Program-made: the position numbers and the translations under genes
The notes under the pieces: generated by a model
What the model was told of the DNA's origin: nothing
The model's database searches: none
Seen by the model: only the letters and a program-made list of their open reading frames with translations
Shown here: positions 38,901 through 49,693 of the stretch, one piece after another
Numbering within the stretch: position 1 is the stretch's first letter
Layout: each line of letters opens with the position of its first letter
Origin: Styela clava
Taxonomy: Eukaryota
DNA length: 64,000 nucleotides
Direction of reading: 5' to 3'
Assembly: GCF_964204865.1 (NCBI RefSeq)
Contig: NC_135258.1
Coordinates: 10,788,001 to 10,852,000 of the forward strand

Positions 38901-40390
38901 TATATTTTTGAATCTAAAATATATTTCAAATCGGGCCATGGGCCCAAAGACAACCTAATATTACACAAAGCATAATGCTGTAGGCCTCTGAGCACTCAAT
39001 TGATAACACACTGTCGAATTGTGCCCATGGGAGCATGTCCCGTTGAAATCCAGTCTATTGTTTCCATGGGCACCAAACATTTTCAGACTGCTCCATGTCA
39101 AGATCATCAGGACACATTTCACAGTGGACAGGTTATAATATGCCAGACAGCAGTTCGTTCTGTTGGAAAGGCTAAAGTAGAAAAATGAAAAGACTGAGAT
39201 GGCGAAATTTTAGTTTCAACCCCATAAAAACCAATTCCATCTCATAGCTTGCGTCGCTCGTTTGTGGAGACGTCGTAAGAAAGACGGAGTCAACCTCCAA
39301 GCGAATGACTGATTTTGGATATAGTATGAGCATGAGAGCTGATTTTTTCACTGTACGCTATGTAACATCGTGCTACATTTCTCGTGACTATAATTAAAAA
39401 CAAATGGTATATGTCGTGTTTTTTTCCATACAGAAGTGTTTCAAAGTATTATCTGCTGGATGGAGACCTCACTGTTCTTATAACATTTGTGAAATGGTCG
39501 AATTAAAATTGATTCGTGGGGGAACAGCGCACGAATATAAGTACAAGTGTGCAAGCTTTAAAGGTATTTTCTTTGAACTTCAGAAGCACTTTAAAGCGTA
39601 AAAAAGCAAACCGCTTTGATGAGAATAGCAATATCCTATAATAATAATATCCCCCAACCCCCATACAACTAAATAAGTTTGTATCGAATCGGTTAAATCT
39701 GAACTTTGTATCATTTTTGTACTTGTTGCAAAATTTTCATTCTAATGGGATAGAAAACTTAATTCGCAATTTGGTGGAACGTTGACACTTTTAGTAGGAA
39801 TAGTCTTTCATCGATATATCGAAACTAAACTAAATAAAAATACAGTATATCTTATCAATAAAATTTAAATTTATGATAGAAAATAAAAATGCGAGCTACT
39901 TTCAACAAATCTCGAGTTTTGCCACAATGGAAAGATATTGTGTGTGAAAAAACTTATGACCCTGACCCTATTAGTACAAATCGGTAGAATGACAAACTAA
40001 ACGAATTTTTTGTTCTAATGCATATATTTATTTTACAGAACCTGGCCGACGCGGTGAGTGTATTATTTGCAGACACGGAAAGAATAAACTCTGTCAAACT
40101 CTAAAGGCATATGCATAATCGGAAGACAAATAATCAATATATATATATATATATATTTATAGTGTTCACACGGTGAAGTAACGTATAATCAGTTGAAAAC
40201 ATAAATCCATGCCAAAATCATTTTTTACCTTAATAGAGTAAAATACATTGCGATTCTTTTGCATAACAAATAACTGCTTAATATTAATGTATTAGTAGAA
40301 TATAATATATATCGAAAACGTTGCAAGAACATTATATCGGGGATCCATTTAATCAGATTTATTTGTGTAGAGAGATTGCAAGTGCATTAA
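32994..40390 (+). CDS. Uncharacterised secreted protein: signal peptide, CUB-like region, sushi/CCP module, Cys-rich C-terminal half (~485-500 aa)
   Basis: Phase-compatible exons: 32994-33051 (MKIIAAIVLYWICLSSCKK, signal-peptide-like), 33928-34130, 34521-34752, 35321-35498 (CKPLP..VTC....VNSVCTVKCKTGF...TTCR), 36152-36277 (W...PC closes the sushi), 37032-37194, 37536-37757, 37828-37938, optional 39087-39131, 39434-39563, 15-nt microexon 40039-40053, tentative last exon 40371-40390. No transmembrane helix seen. The 3' end is uncertain. Confidence 0.75.
33425..33536 (+). repeat. Dispersed repeat family, longest second copy (see 27868-27978)
   Basis: tccagtagttaatgagaaaagcgattt...aacaaccaaataacaaaacgatccacaggtccactccgtgtccaat. 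Confidence 0.7.
36647..36912. mobile_element. hAT-type MITE, 266 bp, in an intron of the secreted-protein gene
   Basis: Ends cagtggcgtttct ... agatagccactg. Flanking 8-mers tgtacgat (36639-36646) and tgtacgag (36913-36920) match 7/8. Repeated atgggcg subterminal motifs. Confidence 0.8.
38123..38316. mobile_element. Degenerate ~190-bp MITE-like element
   Basis: Inverted ends gtgggaaaggttgggacactt ... aagtgtcccactgcatctcac. Size and ends recall ascidian Cimi-type MITEs (from memory, not verified). Confidence 0.45.
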
Positions 40391-40849
40391 TGCAAATCGA
40401 CCCAGAACCAGGACTAAGAGGTAGAAGTTTAGCGTGTTTTTGCTGGAGCCGTATCGTAGACTCAAATAGCATTAAGATATACATACACAGCCACTGTAAT
40501 GTGCATATACAGCCAAATGAATATACATATACAGTCATTTAGATAATGTACAAATACGGCCAATCCGTTTCATGTTTATCCAAATTTTCTACACGTTAAT
40601 ATAACGAATTCCGCCGCTCTTGGAGCATGCATACGAATAGTAGGTTACTTTTCAATGAGGCTTTTGTTATTTGAAGTGCCAATTTACTATTTTCAATAAA
40701 TAACCAATTCGGAATTTGGGGTCTTCCGATCGAACAACCACAGTAGCAGAGCCTAAACTGTTACACATCGACATTGAATTTCTCATTTTAAGAAACTTAT
40801 TATTTGGCCATTGGCAGTGAACTGTCTACAGTGTGAATACTGATGAAAA

Positions 40850-42510
40850 ACCAGGAACAGACGGGCTGGAATCTCTAATGAATTCTATCACACATTTTAC
40901 GCGCTTCCCAAAAGGCAAAATGAATAAAAAATAATAACAGGAGACTATATTTTAGAAACACAAAAATGTGCCATACCAGGCAAGTCAATTCAGGACTCTT
41001 TGCGAAACATTCAAACCGTTCGGGAATATTGTAAAACTCATCACACACTATGCTACAATGTCAGCTTTGATCAAGAAAAAGCGTTTAAACGAGTAAATCA
41101 AAAATTCCTATTTGAAATTATGGAGATAATATAATAATACAATACAAAAATACAAAAGCTAATCAAAGAAATGAATAATAACATATTTAGACAAATCTAT
41201 GGAACAACAACTGATAAAATATAGAACAGCAGAGGAATAAGGTAATAAACAAACGAACATATTAATCAAAGAATTTACCTTACTTTGTTTACCTCAAACA
41301 CAATGTCATTTTAAACTAGTTTGCGGACGATAATACCACCTTTGCTGCCACTATACCGGACATAGCAGAAGAATAGCATAGCATGGAATTTGAAAAATAT
41401 GAGAAGACAACTGATCAATGTCTTAACGACACAAAACAAAAGTCTTGTGCTCAAATACGTTAGCCAAGAAAAGAACACAACATACTCATTACGTAAAATA
41501 CGTATGCAAAAACAATAAGATATTAGAAAAAAAATATTTGACAAAGACCACGTGACAAAAACACGTAATTAGTTACACATCGTTCGGTAAACTGCAAATA
41601 TTAAACGCGCTGTGCATATCACAAATAATTAACCATGTCAAAATAATCCCGATCCCTACTTGGTAAAGAAATAAATTCAATAAAATAGTCTTTGAATTTC
41701 TGTGGAAAAAATAATAAAACTAATAAAACAAGATAAATTAATATGAAGGCTTGTAATGGAGGAATTGGAATACCACGCATAAATAGCAAAAACGATAAAA
41801 AGTAAAAATAATGAAAAAACCGGACCATCCTAATGAAATCTGACACACTGTTGAACGTTATAAATTGAGAACGATAACCAACAAAATTAACAAAGAAATT
41901 TACACCAACCAGATGCCACACCACGATAAGCAACCAGTAATATGGAAAAATATTTGAAAAAGTTTGAACTACTAACGAGGAATAGGGAACAATCTCTCTC
42001 AAACAGTTATAGCAAAAAACATTTGAACTAAATTTGGCCATAAAGAACAAAAAGATAAACAAAGACATAAATTGGAAAGAAGTTCTAGAATGAGAAAGGG
42101 ATGTAAACAATTTTAACAAATAAAGAGAAAATAATTTCTTATAGATTGGCGCACGACGGAATACTGAATGGTCAGAAAAGAGAAAAGATTCAATTGATTG
42201 CATTCAATTGGAGAAAAAAGAGTAGCTTTATTTGTCATTTTTTTAATAGTAAACAAGACAACTCTGAACATTTATTAACAGAATGCCTCTTTACATGGTG
42301 AATAATGTATAACATCCAAAATATATTAAATACAGTATTCTGAATACATCATCCTTTTTTGAATGAGACAATCTACTACGATAATTATATAGGAGAAAAA
42401 CAATTAATAGCGAAAATAACAGTAAACATTCTGAAGGCTGAAATATGCAATTTCAGGAAAATCAATTAATCAATCAAGAAAATCAAATTAAAACCGTGGG
42501 CACCAAAAAA
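40850..42510 (+). mobile_element. Decayed non-LTR retrotransposon (L1/Tx1-type) ORF2 fragment
   Basis: ~40940-41125 translates as ETQKCAIPGKSIQDSLRNIQTVREY...SFDQEKAFKRVNQKFLFEIM (RT motif DQEKAFDRV). GGIGIP at ~41758. Decayed zinc-knuckle remnant (C...EHLLTEC) at ~42235-42286. A-rich sense strand with many stops and frameshifts. Boundaries approximate. Confidence 0.8.
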
Positions 42511-43703
42511 GGGTGATTTGGATAAGAATAACGTTTTTTTTTAGCTGTTTTGAGTTGATTTCTCCTGTAATATTTTGGACATATTTTTCAAATTCTTTCC
42601 CGATAGGTCGAGGCGTCCTCACCACCACCGGTATTGTTAAAGTTTTCAAATTCCCACATCTTCTGTATCTCGATTTCTGGATATTTGTATTTTGAGAGTT
42701 TTCAAATATTTTTAGAGGTGTTTCTTTCGGATGGTATAGCTACATCAAAGATTGTTGTTGTCGCAAAAAAGCTATTACACTTATTTATATATTTCTAAAA
42801 TTTCAGTGAGCTCCATGGTATTCGTTTTTCACTTTAAAGTGTTGTGCGATGATGTCATCAAAAAATTGCTCACCGTTCATACAATTAATATGAGTTCACC
42901 ATTTTATGGCTAGGTTTCTGGAGCTAGGAAAATTATTAAAGACGCTTTTATAATATTATGTATTAATACTATATATATGTAAAGTGTAAATATATATACA
43001 CATACATACATATATAGCTTCAGAAATGGTATATTTTGTTTTTCTTTACCCGGCCATATAATTTGCCTCGTTCTCGAAAATTGATTGACTTTTTGTCTAA
43101 CATGAGGTAAAACTAGATTGAAAAAGTGATCATTGGTCACTGATTATTTACAGTAAAGACATAGAGAATAAAGACTTCCACCCGGGCATTGAGATAAGGA
43201 TGATATGGCTTACTGATTCTTTGGCCAACGTTGCACTGCATCCAATATTGGGATTTTGTTTGGGATTTAGTTTATTTTGGTGATGCGCTGATCGCGCAAT
43301 CAGTTGTACTGTATTAATGTAGCTTAGGTCTTAGTATTGATTAACACCATTTTTTATATGAATTTACAGTTATGGCTTCTTTGCAGTAAATGGCTACATG
43401 CGTGTCGCCAAACATTTGTTTCATCGTTGATTTGGAAATTTCTATGAAGTAGCAACATTTTACTAGTTTGAGGAGATTCATGATGTGATCTAGTCAATGC
43501 TAGATTAATCAATAAGAAAAGTGTGCTTAGGGCACCATGGAGAAAAGGAAACCACAAACATTTCAAAATTATGATTTACTCTTTTTTATTTTTCATTTTT
43601 TGCTTTTCCGGTTTTTTTTTCGTTTGCTTTTCTAGTTTTATTTTATTATTTTCATTTCAACACTACAACATTGTTGGGTATATTGAAATTTGATATTCCA
43701 ACT

Positions 43704-46700
43704 TCATAAATATGCTTTTCGCTTTTCTCCAATGCGACGTTTGCATAGCGGACAGTCTGAAATAGAATTTGAGCATTCTTCACAGCAGCAGACGTGTCCA
43801 CATGGAGCGAAGTACATATCTTTACTCCGATCCCTACACACTACACATCCAACCGACGCGTGTCCCTCGGCTGTAAATACAAATATGATTAGACTGTGGC
43901 GTGCATATCGTATGTGGGAATGCTTAAGTTTATTCATGGTTATCTTACGCAAAAATAAACCACATAGAATACAACAAATATAAACAAAAATATGTTACTT
44001 GTTTTCAACGAAAATTTGGATTGCATACATTATAATTTGAATTTGTTGGACTGAAATTAAAAGGGCCCCGAACGTTGCAAAGTTAAACTGCCTATTAACA
44101 CTTACATTCACTCATATTTATAAATAAATATAGTACTACAACATGAATTTTAGCAGCAATAAAGATCCAAAAATGTGACTTCGTGTCATCTATTTCTCTG
44201 AAACCATCGCTTACCGAGTTCCTAAAATTGGCATTCACACAAACCTATTTGTTGCCCCTTGTAATATTGGACACGAAATGTACATATGGATCGTTATGGG
44301 GAATTATGGAAGAAGTCGTTAAAAAGCTTTTTTATGGGTACATAGAATGCGATATTTCACCAAAAAAATTTTGCTGTTTCATTTTAAAAGCGGAAAATTT
44401 TTTTATTCCTTATTGCTCTACTCCCTCCCTATTGCTTGCCCTCCTATCTTTTTAGCAAAATTGGTGCTCTCATGCCGTACCTTTCGTGTTCATATATATT
44501 TGAGCCTTGCTTTTTTCTTATCATTATCAAAAACATAAACTACTCACTTCTGACAGCTGTTGCTGGATTGCTGGGGTTCCCATCTTCGCTAGTATCTACA
44601 ACAAATCATGTACATGGAGTTCGATTGGATATGATTATTAAGTATGGTTACTTATTACAACCTGAATTTTGAGGAAAAGCAGATCTGAAAACTCACTACG
44701 TGTGTTCCCTCATTTTTATCTAAAAAAAAACTACTTACCATTTCCTTGCCTTGTTGGTCACCCGAATCGCCTTGGCGCACATTATTATTAATATTATTAT
44801 TATACAGATATGAGCAACTTACTTGCAACTACAGGATTACTAGAGAAAGTGGGGTTACCGTCTCCATTGTCATCTGTAACAAATGACACAGATGTATAGC
44901 TTGTTAGAGATTATAGTTAAACCTGGACGGTCATCAATATTCTGTAGGCCTACATTGGATTCAATTCATGTGTGAATACAAAAGCGTGAAAAATTAGACA
45001 CTATGAATATTTGATTAGAAAGATATAATTAACATAAATACCTATAACAACATCGTCAGATATGCTATGCTCTCCGTCTATCTTGTGTTTGTTTCGGGCC
45101 CAAACTTCGAATTTGTATGTACTGGACTTTGATGGATCTGCCATCACATATGGGGAGTGATTGCGAACTGCTACTTCCTCGCGTGGGTTTCCGTTTTTAA
45201 TAGTTTTAATTCTATATTCCACTTCATCTTCTTTGTCTTCTTCCCAAGTTATACAAATTTTATCTTCCCAAACACAAGCGACAACATTTTGAACTTGTAT
45301 TGGAGCTGTAAATTGATTATTAAAAGGAGATTTCACGGCAATACAATATATATGTTATATTTTATACTATTAATCACATCACATTTGTACCCATAAACTG
45401 CAATCAGGTAATTTGCACCTGCATAATTTAGCGCTCATACATTTGTACTCACATATTTTAGCACACATGGATACATTCTAATTTTTCAAGTTTCACTTTC
45501 ATTTATAATACACAAATCTTGTCCCATGTAGAATGGTCTGTAATATTTACTGATTTATTAGGTAAAATGTATTTCCAGGATATTTACGGTGATTTTCACG
45601 AGATCTTGAAGAATGTAAATTCACTCAATTTAAAAAATAAATTCACTGGCTCTTTTCGGTAAATATTACCAAGGATTTTGAATTGTGACAATGAGTGCCG
45701 GAAAAGGTGGAAAGATCACAAGTAATATCCTGTGACATTTACAGGTGATCCATGGTAATTTCAGTAAGAAATTTTTGTTCATTACGCTAGAATGGAGGTA
45801 ATTTTTACCGATGCATGGACGATTCCCGGTAAAAAAAAATTCTGGAGTGATACTCACCAGTAAAAATTGTCTCAGATTCTGTGTATTTACTGCGTCGATT
45901 ATTGATTACAGCACACACTCTGAAACTGTATTCCGTAGATTTTCTCAAATTATCAAATCTATGTGTGGATCTTTCTGTCGTTATGACTTCTTTCTCTTGC
46001 TGACATTTCATTACAACTAGACGATATGTTGCAATCCCACCATCTTTGTTACCATCCCATGAGACCGAAATATCTCTTCCACAACGTGCTATCTTTTTAT
46101 TCCTTGGTGCACTCGGATCTCAAAATAAATACATATTTATTAGCTGACGAGTAGTTAATGTTTTTTCGAGATTTTAGAAAGGATACTCATTGATTTGAAC
46201 AATTAAATTTAACGATCAATAATTGAACAAGATTGTCAACTCGCATCAAATGCTGGACTTTATATCGTTATTTTATCCATCTATAATGAGTCTACTTTTG
46301 CAGGCAGATCATTAAAGAAAGTTTATATGATCATTTTAGTTCAAAATTCCTGATGCGTCTTCGGCTAAACATATATAGGCATAATAATTTCTTATAATAG
46401 TTGTTTTATTTAGATTAAGCAGCAATACGAGGTATCTCGTACGCTGAATCGCTTTTACCCCAGTCACATATACGTCTAATAAGATACAGTATTAGACTCC
46501 AGAACTCTGAAGTGAAATGCTAGTTCTAAGTGTATGAAATACCGGCCGATTTTGAGCTGAAGTACCTGTGAAAATTTTTCTTGAACACGCGCCGACTCCA
46601 GAATTGTATCCATTGTTGGCGATTACTTCAAAGTGATAACGCGTAGCGGGGAGAAGATTTTCAAACTTCCAAATTGTGTTTTCGATCCAATCTGATGTTG

Positions 46701-48629
46701 TTCTACCATTATCGCATACAGCCGCGACCTTATATCTTATAATGTATTTATCCACAACAGGTTGCCATTCCGCAGTAATATTACCATTCGCCTTTTTTAC
46801 GATGACACCAGTAACTTTTTTTGGACCTTGAAAGCAATGTTAAAATCGAACATTTTTGAGTTTTAATTAATTCAGTCATGCTAAAAAGTTATCGGAATCT
46901 ACAAACATATAAATTTCAGTAGATTGATCAGTGGTATGATTGTAGGCAGCATATATCTTACAGCACCAAATCAAAAATGTTACTGGAGTAAATTTATCGG
47001 TACCAACAGGTTTGTGTTCACATATTCGCGACATGCTTGGTGCCACAATTGGTGCCACATTGATATGCGATTGAGACCACGTTAAAGCAAGTGAGATCAC
47101 GCACCAAATCAGTTTTATAACGCTGATATCACCTACCAAAGTGGCACCCAATTATGATGTACATATACTAATTAGTGAAAGTTGGTTGATTTTTAAACTA
47201 TTCCAGAACCGCCTACACTTCCAAAACGTCAATCCTCCAAAAACTCAATCTCTCCAAATCATTCACCTGTTATCACAGATTCGAATGTTGAGTATTCTCC
47301 AGTTCCCCATTTATTTTCTCCCCTAATTCTGAAAATATATTTGGTTGAGGTTTGAATATCGGATACTATACACTGATTTTCACCGCATGAGCCAAGTATT
47401 GACCACTGATTACTACTCTTCTCCTTTTCTATCTTGTATGTTCCTTCAAAATGTTGAAGTTGATCCCAATTTAAAATAATTTGTGCATCTTTCGCTGTGG
47501 CTACCGGGTTTTTAATTTGTCCCGGACCTGAAAATAGAACCATAACGGTGGTTCCAACTATTTGATTTGTTAGAAACTCATTACTGGCATGGCGCTTGTT
47601 CAGTTATTTATTCGCTGGTACATTAATGAAATTCGGAGCTGAGATTGTTTGCTCACAATGCAATCAGAATCTTGTAGACTATTTTATATTTATCATACCT
47701 AAAGTCCATACCATCAATTGTTTGGTGGATGTGTTGAATTTTGAAAACTGTTCAGGAAAAGAATTTTTTGGGGCTTCAAAAACAATTAGTTTACCTTTCA
47801 GAACAAAGGTTGATGTTTTCTTTTTTCCATGAAGACCATTGACTACACCATGTATTTCCACCGTAATTTCTGTATTAGTGCGTGCTCCGATACATTCATA
47901 CTTGCTGTCTGTTGTCTCCGTCAATACATCATCTATGCCACAAATTACCCTCACATTGTAATAAACAGATTCCTTTCCTGTTAGATCGTCCCACACGATG
48001 AAATGCTTTCCTTCCACAGCTTTGTACGTTATATTTTGAACCTGTCGTGGGCCTAAATAAAAAATTCATACCGTGTTTGTCTCCTTGTCTCAAACCCAAC
48101 CTAACTAAATTGGGCTAAAAATATATTTGGCATATCTGCCACAAACCGCAATTGATACACAACTCACCTGAATGTACAATACACAGGTCGGACTTGTTGC
48201 CATTTCCATATTCGTTACGAGCTTTCACCCAAAATTTGTATCGTGTGTCAGGATTTGGATCAGCAAGTATATATTGATGAACGGTTGTATTTCTTTTTAT
48301 GAGTTCATTATTTGAAAACACTCCGATAACGTACCCATGTGTCGCATTTCTATTTATGTTCCACTCAAGTTTAATATTACCATCCTTCGTACAATATCCT
48401 TTTACCCTTTTAACTTTACTCGGCTCTGAATACGATACATGTATGTATTTGTATAAAAAAAATGAAAACGAACTAATGTGGATATATTTAATTATCCAAA
48501 ATTTCAAATATAAAACACAGACAATTTGATACTACTGATACTACGCAGACCACACAAAATAAATTATCGGACTCACCAATATGCATGTAATAACTTACTT
48601 CTAAAATTTCTTAGGACACTTCGGCACAT
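43704..48629 (-). CDS. Six fibronectin type III repeats plus C-terminal RING-HC (zf-C3HC4_3, IAP-type) finger; putative E3 ubiquitin ligase (~619 aa)
   Basis: Minus-strand exons: 48629-48599 (MCRSVLRNFR, tentative start); FN3 exons 48425-48168, 48052-47795, 47527-47267, 46826-46566, 46118-45858, 45305-45042 (P..V/I start, strand-B W, strand-C Y, most with Y.F.V/I.A.N..G); microexons 44873-44823 and 44595-44548; RING exon 43870-43704 (CVVC..CGHVCCCEEC..CPLC..KAYL*). All introns are phase 1 with gt/ag; total 1860 nt, open. Confidence 0.88.
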
Positions 48630-48871
48630 TTTGAACGTTGTTTTTTTGTGTTTTCTTCTCGCCAATCTAATAGATGCCTATCAACTGTAAATGCCCGACC
48701 ATTGCATCAAAACAACAATACGATAATTTTCAAACGCACAGTGAAAACATTCTCTGGCATGTCCTATGTAGCATATTAACTTCTACATAAATGCTTATAT
48801 ACATATATATATATACTTGCCATTTCAAGATATTGCACCATTATGTTTGCTAATAAACAGTCAGTCGTACC

Positions 48872-49612
48872 TGTTACAGACAAAGTTTCTTTGTTTTATT
48901 TCATATATATTTGACCTGGGGTTATCTCGAGATAGATCGGTCATTGCACTTTGTCGAATGACCGTTCAGGAAATTACTCCCTTTAAGGCGATTTCACCAT
49001 CTGTTCGTGGGCAGGAATGAGCATGTCAGCGTAAAGAAAGTCTGTTATCGGCCTTTTCTTTTTCTCTCGTTTTTGTTTGTTTATTATTTTGAATAATTGC
49101 CAGTCGGCTGTTTATCATTTATTTCGTGTTAAGAGTTAGCTGTTGAAGAAGTGCTAATTTATTCGCCGCAATGAGCGGATTTGTTTACTTGTCCATCAGT
49201 TTAATAATAGGGTTAGATTCATTTTGCCTATCTTGTATTTTAATGTTGCTATTGTTTGCATCGTTTAGAATTAAGTATGTTATTAACCTGCCTGTTGGGT
49301 TGGTCGTAAACTTTAGCAACCCTCAATATTGTTGTAATCAATTGATTATTGGACCTCAACATTGCTATATCAATTTATTCGGACTTCTACATTCTGCAAT
49401 ACTGGAATCGTTTGTTTTTTATCACCACACAATTTCCTATTTCACGTGACTTCAATAGATTTCAATCATATTCAAGCTGTGGAGTTGTTAACAGCGAGAA
49501 ACCAGGCAGGTTATACATAAAAGAAAGTTAATAGCGCGAAGTGTCACCGCCCAACACGTTATAGGCTTCTTGTAGAGCCTCATCATAAGTACTAAGTCGC
49601 TTATAATCTACA
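48872..49612 (+). repeat. 5' LTR (741 bp)
   Basis: tgttacagac...ataatctaca; about 8 substitutions versus the 3' LTR by eye, no indels. Confidence 0.97.
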
Positions 49613-49693
49613 TGTGTTGCTAAAATATTGGCTTCGTGACACTCGCCATTCGTGGATACTTTGATCGTGTGAACTTGCGTTTATATTGTCGAA

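Noticed and set aside
41619-42203. 194-aa hydrophobic minus-strand ORF that looks like a membrane protein
   Set aside because: It is the T-rich antisense shadow of the A-rich LINE relic; Phe/Leu/Ile richness follows from base composition.
44739-44770. Possible third linker microexon in the FN3-RING gene (strong GTAAGT donor)
   Set aside because: 32 nt is not frame-preserving and the acceptor is weak.
46920-47160. Repeated gcaccaaatca / gtgccaca motifs in an FN3 intron
   Set aside because: Suggests a decayed MITE, but no termini or TSD could be defined.
49171-49449. Duplicated 92-aa ORF (also 60702-60980) and the shared ORF ends at 48817-49020 / 60267-60551
   Set aside because: They lie within the two LTRs; the duplication reflects LTR identity and there is no protein motif.
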